Below, piece by piece: positions 51,318 to 63,169 of a stretch of 64,000 bases of DNA. Every line of letters begins with the position of its first letter. Positions within the stretch are counted from its first letter, which is position 1. The stretch covers positions 22,074,001 to 22,138,000 of the forward strand of contig CM052816.1 in assembly GCA_028534125.1 (NCBI GenBank), given 5' to 3'. The DNA comes from Lama glama. Lineage: Eukaryota. The translations under genes were made by a program, and so were the position numbers. Under the pieces are notes generated by a model. That model was not told the origin of the DNA, searched no databases, and saw only the letters and a program-made list of their open reading frames with translations.

Positions 51318-54191
51318 TTTTTTTTTCTTTTCATTGTTCATTTCCAGGGTATAGCAAAGTGATTCAGTTATTTTTTTTCAGATTATATTCCATTATAGGT
51401 TATTATAAGATACTGAATATAATTTCCTGTGCTGTACACTAAATCCTTGTTGCTTATCTATTTTATGTATAGTAGTTGTATCTGTTAATCCCATTTTCCT
51501 AATTTGTCCCCCCTCCTCTCTCTCCCCTTTGATAACCATAATTTTGTTTTCTATGTCTGTGAGTCTGTCTGTTTTGTATATAGATTCATTTGTATCATTT
51601 TTAGGTTACATGTATAAGTGATACCATGTAATATTTGTCTTTGGCTTAACTCACTAAGTATAATATTCTATAGGTCCATCTGTGTTGCTGCAAATGGCAG
51701 TATTTCCTTTTTATGGCTGAGTAATATTCCTTTCCATACATATACCACATCTTAAGCAAATCATCTGTGGAGGGACCTTGGGTTATTTCCATGTCATGGC
51801 TGTTATAAATAGTGCTGCTATGAACATAGGGGTGCATGTATCTTTTTGCATTGGAATTTTGTCCTTTTTGGATGTATGCCCAAGGGTGGGATTGTTGGAT
51901 CATATGGTAGCTCTATTTTGAGTTTTTTAAGGAACCTCCATGTTGCTTTCCATAGTTGCTGTACCAGTTTATATTCCCACCAACAGTGTAGGAGGGTTCC
52001 CTTTTCTCTGCACCTTCTTGGGCATTTATTGCTTGTAGACTTTGTGATGATAGCCATGAACAGTGTGAGGTGATACCTCATTGTGGTTTTGATTTGCATT
52101 TCTCTAATAATTAGCGATGCTGAGCATCTTTTCATGTGCCTGGTTTTTTTTTAACATTTTTTATTGATTTATAATCATTTTACAATGTTGTGTCAAATTC
52201 CAGTGTTCAGCACAATTTTTCAGTCATACATGGACATATACACACTCATGTGCCTGTTAATATTCTGAATGTCTTCTTTAGAGAAATGTCTATTTAGATC
52301 TTTTGCCCATTTCAGTTGGGTTGTTTGTGCTTTTTGATATTGAACTGTTTGTATATTTTGGAAATTAAGCACTTTTTGGTCATGTCATTTGCCAATATTT
52401 TCTCCCAGTCTGTAGGTTGTCTTTTCACTTTGTTTATGATTTTCCTTAGCTGTGCAAATGCTTGTAGTATTATTAGGTCCCATTTGTTTATTCTTGTTTT
52501 TCCCTCTTTCCTTAGGAGACTGACCTAAGAAATATTACTGTAATGTATGTCTGCGAATGTTTTGCCTATGCTCTGTTTTAGGAAGTTTATAGTGTCATGT
52601 CTTATATTTAAGTCTATCAGCCATTTATTTTTGTGTATGGTATGAGGGAGTGTTCCACTTCATTGATTTACATGCAGTTGGTTATTCAGCTTTCCCAACA
52701 TCAGTTGCTGAAGAGACTGGTTTTTCTCAGTTGTGAATTCTTCCCTCCTTTGTCAAAGATTAATGGACTGTAAATGTGTAGGTTTATTTCTGGACTCTTT
52801 ATTCTGCTTCGTTGATCTATATGTCTGCATGTGTGCCAGTACCACACTGCTTTGATTATTGTAGCTTTGTAGTATTGTCTGAAGTCTCAGAGGGATATGA
52901 CTCCAGCTTTGTTCTTTTTCCTCATAATTGCTTTGGCAATTTGGGTCTTTTGTCATTCCATATAAATTTTAGAAATTTTCTAGTTCTGTTGAGAATGTCA
53001 TAGGTGTTTTGATAGGGATTGCATTAAATCTGTAGATTGCTATGGGTAATATAGCCCCTTTAAAAATATTAATTCCAATTCAGTAGCATGGGATATCTTT
53101 GCCTTTCTTTGAATCATCTTCCAATTTCATTTATCAGTGTTTTTTACAGTTTTCACTGTGTAGGTCTTTCACCTCCTTGGTTAAGTTTATTCCTAGGTGG
53201 GTTTTTTTTTTAATGCAATTTTAAGGGATTTTTTTTAACTTTCTCTGATATTTCATTATTGTAAAGAAATGCAACAGATTTCTGTATATTAATCTTGTAT
53301 TCTGCTATCTTGCTGAATTCACTTATCAGTTCTCATGGTTTTTGTATGGAGAGTTTCGGGTACTCTATATAGAGTATCATGTCATATGCAAATAGTGACA
53401 GTTTTAGCTTTTCCTTTCCAATTTGGACACCTTTTATTTCTTTTTTTTGTTTGAGTGCTGTGGCTAGGACTTCCAATACTATGTTAAAATAGAAGTGGTG
53501 AGTGGGTTTCCTTGCCTTGTTCCTGAATTTAGCAGGAAAGCTTTCAGCCTTTCACTGTTAATTATGATGTTGGCTGTGAGTTTGTCATAAATGACTTTTA
53601 CTGGATACATTCCCTCTATACCTACTTTGGTGAGAGTTTTTTCATGAATGGATGTTGAATTTTTGTCAAATTCAAGAGCTCTTAATATTGCTTAGACAAA
53701 AGTGACTCTGTTTATCATTGTCATAGAAGTCTGTGACCTCTCTCAGAACTCAGAGTGGAAAACACAAGTTTGGAAGAAAATTACCAGTTCTCGAAGCCAA
53801 CTTTAGTTTCTTAAGACACTTACATTTGTTTTGCTGAAAAATCGAAATAGTTTTTTCTGTGCCAGTTGAGATAGTCATGTGGTTTTTGTCTTTCCTTTTG
53901 TTGATGTGGTGTATGATTTGCATGTGTTGAACCATCCTTGGAACCCTGGAATAAGTCTGACTTGCCATAGTGTATGATCCTTTTTATGCATTTTTGAATT
54001 TGGGTTGCTAATATTTTGTTTAGGATTTTTACATCTGTATTCATCAGAGATACTGGCCTGTAATTTTTTTTTTTTTTGTAGTGTCTTTGTCTGGTTTTGG
54101 TATCCATGTGATGGTGGCTTCATAGGATGAATTTGGGAGCGTTCCTTCCTCTTCAATTTTGGAATAGTTTGTGAATGATAAGTATAAGCTC
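51318..54191 (-). mobile_element. 5'-truncated L1 (RT to 3'UTR) carrying two internal inserts
   Basis: TSD TTGTAGCAA(C/A)AAT at 51305-51317 and 54192-54204; NYRPVSLMNTDVKILNKILA RT-proximal motif. Confidence 0.88.
52143..52245 (-). mobile_element. ~100-bp young L1 3'-end insertion
   Basis: Perfect TSD TCATGTGCCTG at 52132-52142 and 52246-52256; nearly identical to 22311-22415. Confidence 0.9.
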
Positions 54192-55540
54192 TTGTAGCAA
54201 AAATCTAAATTAGTATTTGTGAAAGCATCCTGTAGATAACTGATTTTATAGCTATCATTAGGAGCTTTATTTCTTTTGTTCCACTGTCAGCAGTTCAGAG
54301 AGGGAGATCGGGAGGAATCATTCTTTAGATAATAGGAAATTTGATAATTTTCTCATCTGTAAACCATCTTCAACTTATTCTTGCTGGAGTGCTGAAGGTC
54401 AAAAATTCTTAAAAATGTAAAGAATATTTTGTTAACTGTTGTTTTCTTTATCTTAATTATGTTCAAACCAACACATCAAGCTTTTGTGAACATTAAAGAG
54501 TTTGCATGTGTTTTAAAATTACTTTCTAAATGCTTGGAATTGTTGAAAAAAACGATTTGTTCTTATGAAATATTTTCATAGTTTTGTCATACACATTGCT
54601 TCATGTAATGATGAGAACCATAATCTTAATGTGAAAGGTTTTTTTTAATGTTAAAAAGAGCCCTTCTGTAACTGTAATGATGTTTTTGAAACTCCTTTGG
54701 GTATTACTCTTAGAGCTTGCGACACTATTAAATGTCTTCGAATATTCTCAGTAATTTCAGAGCTTTTATCTTTGAGGAGGATGTATTTGATATTTAGAAA
54801 CAGCATGAAGGTGATTGGGTGCAATATTCAGTGAGTAGGATGGATAATTAAGCCAAGTAGAAGTAGTCTAGTATTTAGATGAGCCATCTGTCTTGAATTC
54901 TTCCTTCCCTAACTGTATGAGAGGGGACATTTTATCTGAACTCTTCATGCTTTGGTTGCTTTACTTCTAAAGATAAGGATGGTAGTAACTGGTCGGCCTG
55001 TCTTAACGTGGTTGCTGATTTACTTAGAACATGTGTGCATAGTCAAGGTCTAGTCAGTCAATGATATAGATGTCAAGATAGATTCTTCCTCTCAAGTGTT
55101 TGTGCCCTCCTCTCATATTACCCATGTCATTGCCTTAGTGTTCACTGCCATTCTTTCTCGAAGTGTTGTAATAACATGTCCCACGCTCCCCTAGGCAACT
55201 TTCACTGTAAAAGCAGTATTATTTCATTTTAAGAGATGTGAAGAATTTTTTAAGAATTGAAAAGTGTTGTATAATCTCTGTGTTAAGATATCTGCTTCAT
55301 CATTTTGTTTATTTGATTTTAAGATTTATTTTTTCTCTTTCTGGTTTCCCTACTCCTAGCATTATTCCTTAAATCTTCTCCTATCCCCTGCCACCTACTA
55401 GTATATTCATTTTTTTTTCAGTCCTAAAAGAATGTTTTAACAGTATTATTTCTATTAAACTCTGAACTCTTTTCATGGCCTACCACTATCTATCAGAAAT
55501 TTGAGTGATCTAGCCTTTAAGGATCTAGCGTATAGTCTAG

Positions 55541-55718
55541 ACCAGTTCTGTCTATTAGAACTTTCAGCAATGATGGAAATGTTTTATATCTCTCCTTTCG
55601 AAATTGATAGTATCTAGCCACACGTGGCTACACATTAAGCCACACTTATTAAAGTGTTGCTGCTATGACTAAGGACTTTAATTTTAAATTTAAAATTTTA
55701 ATTCTAATTTAAATAATT
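55541..55718. mobile_element. MER3/MER33-like hAT-Charlie MITE fragment
   Basis: cagttctgtctattagaactttcagcaatgatggaaatgttttatatct...tagccacacgtggcta...aattttaaatt. Confidence 0.7.
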
Positions 55719-57658
55719 TATATCATCTTATGGGAGGAGTCCATGATATTTTCTTGGGAGGGTTAGGTACATATCTCTGCATTCCTGTAATATTCCATGC
55801 ATATACCAGTGACCATTCATTACACCACCTTGTAATTATTCAGATGTCTGTCTCTCCTGTCTGAGTATATATGCCTTGAAAATGTGAACCATAATCATAT
55901 CCTTAGAGCATATTGCCTGTCAAAGAAAATAGAGTCCTTGGTTTTATATCAGCTTGTTTAGGTTCCCTTGTAACATTGGGCAAGTTATGTCACCTTTCTA
56001 AGTCTGTTTTTATATATAACCTATAGATGAGTGAAAGAATTAAGTAAGATAATATATATAAAGGGCTCTGCCTAATGTTTGATGCTCTAAAAAATCAAGC
56101 AGTAATGTCAGCAGCTTCTAGTTCTGTTGTTATTGAAAATACTCAAAAATATCTTTGTTCCTATTGCTAACAAAGTAACTTTATTTATCTATTATTGGAT
56201 ATAAAACATGTTTACCAAAATATGTAAATATATTAAGACAACTAAAAAAGGAGGCTGAAGAATCAAAGAGAGAATACAGATAAGAAAAATGGAAGCAGAA
56301 GTTAGAACAGATAAGAAAAATAGAATCAAAAGTTAGAACAACCAACAATCAACCAACTATGCCCTTCCCAATTTTCTTGTAGCCTAGACTCAAAATTGCT
56401 CAGTTTAAACAAAGCAATTTCTTTGTTTAACCTTACAAGATAAAGTAGTTACAAAGTGTATGGGAAACTCACTGAATGAGTTGCTTTATTAAATACAATG
56501 AATGACTAGAAGCCAATTAAATGATGACAGGAAAGATCTGCCAGAAACTGATGACTGGTTTGGAATTACTGACTTGAAGTTCTTTTTTCTGTTAGTAGTT
56601 ACGCAAGGTCAGTAGTTTAGCCTAAGTGTCTTAAAATGTAGTTTGCGAAATGGTTCTCGGGACATGGGAAGAAATAGTACAGTTTATATTTACATGTACT
56701 GTTATCCTCTTATATTTTTTGTATTTTTGTGTATATTTCATAATGAACACAAAACACTTTTGCTGGCAATACATGTATTAATTTATGAATAAATTACATA
56801 TGTTAGAAATGTAGCTCAGAAATACTTAATTTTTAAAGTACCGAGATTATATGATATCTCAATCCTTCTTCATTTGGCCCCTGTCTACCTTTTCAGCCTT
56901 CTAGCCCCATTATTTTGTTGGACATCCCTTCCTTTGGTTCTTCTTTCTCCCTGAAAGGTTCCTACAGGCATCTTTGTGTGATGTAATTCTGTCCTTTGAT
57001 AATTCAGCTTGAATCTTAACTCATTGTATCCAGAATAGCCTCCTGCCATATCCCCCTGTCATAAGTGTTGCTCAGCTCCCAAGACCCCATTCATCAGTGA
57101 ACTCTTTGAAGAAGTCTTTGGTCACATTTCTTGTTGTTAGAGCACACATTTACCCTCACTGGTCCCATAAGATGTTACACACACTTACATGCATTACGCT
57201 TATGTAATTATGCTCTATTCTGAAGATAACAGAAAACAAAATTAACAATTTTAGAATTTTTTAAATGTCTATTTTTATGTAAAGTTGTTGAATGTGTTTT
57301 ATTTTTTAAAGTATTTTTATTGAAGTATAGTCAATTTACAATGCTATGTCAATTTCTGGTGTACAGTACAATGCTTCAGTCATACAGTAGTACTTTGTTT
57401 TGCTCACCCTTTACATATTTTTGTTCTACCTAGTTCATTCTTCTGGCATAGTATGTTTGATTTTAGGCTCAGAAGTAACTAACGCAACAAGCATCTCTTT
57501 CTCATTTGCTCATTTTGTGCTTGCACCTTATGTTCCCAGTTCTCCTGTAGTGCTCCACGTTTTGTTTGCATTCAGAACATATAGAGAGAGATTGACATGT
57601 TTGTCAGTGCAGTTGAATGAGAGTCCAAGGCTGATTGCCAGCCCCACCTCATGGAGTG

Positions 57659-58019
57659 GGTCTTAGTCCGCTTAGGTTGTTATAATGAAATACCACAGAC
57701 TGAGTAGCTTAAAAACAACAGAAATTTATTTCTCAAATATCTGGAGGCTGGAAGTTCGAGATCAGGGTGCCAGCATGTTCAGATTCTCTTAAAGGCCTGC
57801 TTCTGCAATGTAGACTATTTACCTCTTGTTGTCTGTTCACATGGTGGAAAGGGCTGGGAACTCTGTGGGGCCTCTTTTATAAGGGCACTAATCCCAGTCA
57901 TGAGGGCTATTTGCTCATAACCTAATCACTTTCCACAAGCCCCACCTCCAAATATATCACCTTAAGGAATAGAACTTCAACATGAATTCTAGGGAGACAC
58001 AGACCTTCAGACCATTACA
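57659..58019 (-). mobile_element. MLT1A-like MaLR solo LTR
   Basis: tcttagtccgcttagg...aacaacagaaatttatttctca...ggaggctggaagttcgagatcagg...gggagacacagaccttcagaccattaca. Confidence 0.85.
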
Positions 58020-58206
58020 GCATCCCAGCATTTGTCTCAGGACTATCAATTTGTACTTCCAAAGAAACTAGGAGAGAGTAAGTTTAATCCTTGATATGGG
58101 TAGGTTTTTAAGAGCCAGATCCCTTAATTTGATGTAACAGAAAGACATTAAACTAGGAATCAGATTGTATGCATTCCTTTTCTATCTCAAGCACCAATTT
58201 GTAATG

Positions 58207-60430
58207 TTAACACATTGATCACCATGTCAGCAAAATATGGGTGACAGTTGTGTTTCCTCAGGGACCACATCACCCAGATATGGGTGACGCTTTCCTTCAT
58301 CCAGTTACACAGGTTTTTACAAGTAATTTACAGCAGCTTTCATTTGTAATACAGGTATTTAGTAGTAACAACATATATATGCAGATAGATAAAATATTAC
58401 CCATATTTTATATAATACAGAATTATATTATGTTACTTTCTGTGATATTTGCTGAAACAATTTATACAAAGCTGTGGTGTTCTACGACAACTAGGACAAT
58501 ATGTTCCTGTCTTTTTTACATTTTTTCTAGCTTCTTGTCTTTCAAAAGTTTACCTGCTTTTCTGGTAACAGAGGACGCACATTCTTCTGATTGTTTTGCT
58601 TTGTGGATTTTTTCTAATTTGTAAATTGTGAATCACTTCTCCTTTATCCCTGTGTATATTATTGGACCTATTATTTGGAGAATATAACCATTCCTTAACT
58701 AAAAGTTCCCTAAATTCTGGTATTTTAATTTTTTTTGTTTGGCTTTGCCTGGTGTACAATATGTGCATTTAACAACAGAAATCCCAATAAGTTGATGTAG
58801 TGCTAATTTCCAGTACCATTTGATACTTTTTTTTTGTAATGTCATTGCATTTGAAACCATCTGGTCAGTCTACTGATGCCACTATCCTTTATTATAATCA
58901 AGTATGGCTAGTGGCTTCATTTTTATAAGATATGGTAACGAGCAGGTGAATTTAAATTGGACATCATAATGGGTGCGTCTTCTGTTGAAAGTATTCTTAT
59001 GTTCCTAGCATCTTTCCATTTCAGAATGACAATTCCATTATCTCCTTGCCACACCATTTCATCTGTTTTTAGTGGATGGGACGTAACATCTTTTGGCATG
59101 AGCTTTTTATTATGCCAGATAGTCCCAACAACATGAGTTTTCACACTCAGAAATTTTAGGGCCAGTTTGTAGCTGGTGCAGAAGTTATCTACGTATGAGG
59201 TATGTCCTTCATTTAATAATTTTTCTGCAGGCTCACTGCAAACGTTTTGAGCTAATCTGATTTGCCTGACTCGGCTAGTCTCTCGTCCAGAATATATTTT
59301 TATCAACCATGCATAACTTTTTCGGTTGAACATAACTTAAATAATTTTATTCCATATTTTTGTGTCTTATTTGGTATATATTGTCTAAACATAAGCCTTC
59401 TCCTCCAGGGAACCATTATCTCATCGATTATGATATCTGGACACAGTGAAAAAAATTTTTTAGTAACTTTAGTCAAAGCATTAATCTATGGTAGTATTTT
59501 TCCAAGCCTATCACCTCTTTAAATCGTTTCATTATTTGCAGAGTGCAAATCTGGTAATAATTCAAAATGATTACAAGACATTATGGTACACAGCAATGTG
59601 GAATTTTAAAGGGGATCTTTTGACCAATATTTAGTCATAGATATTGGTTTCACTAGACCCATCCAAATTAGAAGAGCAAGGAATTTTTTAATTTCTTCAG
59701 AAATATGTTTCCATTTCTTTATTTGACTATATTTTGTATTTAGATGTTGAAGTAGTTTTTGTTCCACATATCTGTTTAACTCCTTTACTGGAAGGTTTAT
59801 TTCTTTGTCTAAAAATAGTGAGAGAACTTCACCCGGACTAATATCATGAGGTAATTCTGTCAGAAGTCCACTTTTTCCTGTGAATATAAACGACTTTTGT
59901 CTGCCAGTGAACTCTTTCCACTGAGTACTGTCCAGTGCGCCATCATCATCATCATCTGTTTCTTCCTCTTCTTCTACAACTGATTGTTCTAAAACCTCCT
60001 CAGTTTTTTCAACTTAAGTATCATCTTTCTCCTCGTTCTCTGAGCTTGAACTTGAGAACATTTATGTATCTTCTGACATGGATCACTTCATCATCACTAC
60101 TAGTGTTACTTTGAACTGTATTTTTACATTGCCTGATAACATGATAAGGATATGAAAAGTCACAGAGCGATACTTGAAAGATGTGTAGACTTTGAAACAC
60201 AGAATAAAACTGCCAAGCTGTCGAACAGAGCACACAAATGAAAAGAGTACCATTCTAAACAACTGCTTATCTATTGGTTCTAATCGGGTCATATATCACT
60301 CTTGAGCTAACACATATCAAAGTAACGCCACAGCTTTCCAGACTATTCCATTACTTGAATTTATTCTGTGTAGAATAATGACATTCCAAGGAGAAATAAA
60401 GCTCTGAAGAGGCTGAAAAGTTTAAAGAAT
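58207..60430 (-). mobile_element. piggyBac-superfamily DNA transposon fossil (Looper-like); right boundary uncertain
   Basis: TTAA at 58207-58210 followed by CACATTGA and two palindromic subterminal repeats; contains a decayed transposase frame. Confidence 0.85.
58433..60142 (-). pseudogene. Decayed piggyBac (DDE_Tnp_1_7 / PGBD4-like) transposase, ~570 codons
   Basis: Collinear motifs across frameshifts: acidic N-terminus (EEEEETDDDDD), EEIKKFLALLIWMGLVK, IIDEIMVPWRRRLMFRQYIPNKTQKYGIKLFKLC, GHTSYVDNFCTS, LKWKD, KPLAILDYNK..DQM, KWYWKL, and a C-terminal CVLC..YCPSC..LCINCFSKYH Cys-rich domain. Confidence 0.9.
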
Positions 60431-60624
60431 TTTTTTTTAAAACAATTCCTGTTATGTTGGGAGAACAAATAGGTTAATTATAAGCACATATATTGTTAGT
60501 GCGTCACACTGTGGTGAAGTGTGAATTTGGGCCCCGCAAGAAACCCAGTTCACAGTGGACAGTCTTAAGACCCTCAGTCCCTGCGTCATGTGTGGGAAGT
60601 GAACTAGCTACTAAGTCCCTTTTA

Positions 60625-60835
60625 ACTACAAACTGCCAACTTCTTTTGCTGTGTCCACATGGTGGAACAGGGCTAGGAAGCTCTCTGGGGCATTTTTGTG
60701 AGGGCCCTAATCCCAATCCCAGAGCCCTCGTGGCCTAATCACCTCCCAAATGCATTACCTCATAATACCATCGTTTTGGAAATCAGTATCTCAGCATAGG
60801 AATTTGGGAGGGACACAGACATTCAGAACATAACA
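60625..60835 (-). mobile_element. Partial MLT1A-like LTR
   Basis: ctgtgtccacatggtggaa...ctaatcacctcccaaa...gggacacagacattcagaacataaca aligns with the right half of 57659-58019. Confidence 0.8.
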
Positions 60836-63141
60836 GCACCAGTGAGCAAATAATTTAAACATTCAAGTCAAAATGGAGGAAGTATAAACACTCTTGTTGC
60901 ATATATTATCAGAATTTCAAGGTCTGACTGCTAAAGTCATAGTCACTGATTAAGTCACTGTCAGCAATTTGAACTTTATTTTATTTGTGGACTTGATGGA
61001 TTCTGATTGTGATTATATTTTGTGTTTGGTAAATACTTGTAGAATGAAAGGATGAGTGAATAAACAGTTTTCTATCACTTTTAAAGTAAGGGAGATTATG
61101 TAGCTGGAGGCTTTGCCAGTCTTAATTGTGTATGACAGTGAGTGCTGATCAGAATGCTACTGAGAAATTTGGAGCCGAACCTCTGAGAATCTGCAGCTTT
61201 TCAGTGTTGGTTGGTTGTCCTCTCACACTACTGCAAGCCAGACTGTTCTCTTCAGTTCTATTCTTTATAGTGTTTTGTACCTTAAAAACTGAAGAGGACT
61301 CTTCTTTTTTTATTCATGAGTATCTAGCATCTCCTAGGAGAATTCTGCTTCTCATTTCTCTTCTGGGAAATAATGTAGAATTCTCAGTAGAAAGTCTTGT
61401 ACCTAGTTACAGGGCCATGAGTCCACAAATGGACAGAGACAAATCAAAGGAGTGATACTGTGATCAAACTAAGTAGGACAAATGCCTGCCTAGAGTAGAT
61501 TTTTAAAAAATTTTTTGTGGAAAAAAATGCTAACTGTAGAAATGTAGAAAAATATAGAAGAATATTAAGGAAATAAATTTCCTATAATCCTCAAAACCAG
61601 AGATAACTAGTGTGGCTATTGATTTTTAAATGCATGTGTCTTGATTAAATCATTGAGATCTTAACTAATTTAGATAATGATGAATATTTAGTTATTTATC
61701 CTTCCTTTGTACTTCTTATGCAATTAAGTTTTCCCCTAAACATTATTTTAGTACTAATATTATGAGTATAACAAAGTATTCTCATGCGGCTTCCAGTTTT
61801 TCTTCTGTTACAACTTGTATGAATAAATCTGTATGTGACTGTGATGTTTTTCCTTAGGATTGATCCATAGGGTTTGAAAATTGATAGATAAATATTATAG
61901 TACTAGAAAATGCACTTATTTAAATTAGAGAAGTGATATGAAGATACTTTCTAATGTAATCCATGAATTTACAGATGGAGACCGTATTCTCAACAGTTTA
62001 ATTTTTTAAATTAAAGATTTCTTTTTTCAATCATGTTTACATATCTAGATACAGATATGTATTTTATTGAGCAAATCTTGATTTTTTGGTAAAAAATAAT
62101 ACATTATTTTAAAACTTTACAGTAGGTTTGCATATAGTGTGTAGCATACTTGACTGATTATTGTATATTCAGAGTTTATTTTTTTGTTTGTATGTGAGTT
62201 AGTGAAAAATGCCTGATACAACTGCACAATGTAGGGAGAAGTAGAAGCATGGTGGTGCCTTTTTATTGTTCCTTCGGTTTCACTTGTTCTAATTATAGAA
62301 GCTTACATCACCTTAGTTGATGAGGAAGGCTTCCCTCTCCCTCTTTGCCTTTTCTTCCTCCATCAGTCCCTAAGGATAGATCATATTTCATACTGCATAT
62401 GTGTCCTGCTGGTGGCTCTGACAGGATTTTCAACAGCGTGGTGCTGATCATTTAGTGGACATAGATGACAGTGTACTTCAGCACACTGTTTCTTACAGAA
62501 TAGGAAGAGAGTGTTAGTACTCTGGCTTCCCTTTCTTCAGAAAGGATGAGGAATACATTGGATGCAGTTTGAAAGCAGAAATTCCAGAGGGGCACCAGTA
62601 ATTAGAGTTAACCATGTCTGATAACTACAAGGATGCATTTCAGATGTTCAAGTTAAGCAAGGGGTTGGGGGAGGAATAGAAAAGCTTGCTATGATCCTTT
62701 AAAAGGGATTGTATGTTACCTCTGACATGGTAGAGTGTCATTTATTTGTTCATTTTCCAAAACAGTTAAAAGTATTTTTCCTACGTAAATCAGTACATTT
62801 AACAGTTTATATTTCAGAGATTAAATGCTTACAACTAAAATGCAGAAATTAATGGACTGCTTGTTTTATTTTGTAAAACTACATAATTTTCCTTTTGTTC
62901 CTCACCTTCTTTTGAGTTTGGCTTCTTTAAATTATGATTATATTATTTCTCTGTGCAAATGGGGAATAAACTGTATGACTCTGCCTGAGATTATTACAAA
63001 CCAGGTTTTTATTAATATTGGGGGTTTTTTTTGCTTTTCATAATGTCTGGAATGTAAATCTTCTGATATCTTACCTTAATCTATGATGATTTTTTTTCGT
63101 CTTTCAGTGATGTTACTTAATGAAAAAAGATACATTTATAG

Positions 63142-63169
63142 ATTATAAATCAATAAAAAAATTAAAAAA
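63142..63169 (+). mobile_element. Ultra-short L1 terminal insertion
   Basis: attataaatcaataaaaaaattaaaaaa matches the L1 3' terminus at 22311-22340 (reverse strand); TSD ATACATTTATAG at 63130-63141 and 63170-63181. Confidence 0.75.

Noticed and set aside
58903..58920. Minus-strand MKPLAI resembling the recalled RAPGEF2 short-isoform N-terminus
   Set aside because: It is on the wrong strand for the gene and is part of the piggyBac KP-x-x-I-x-DYN motif, so this is a coincidence.
58433..60142. Functional domesticated PGBD gene or RAPGEF6-transposase fusion (CSB-PGBD3 style)
   Set aside because: It has several stops and frameshifts, a damaged third catalytic motif, and is antisense to RAPGEF6.
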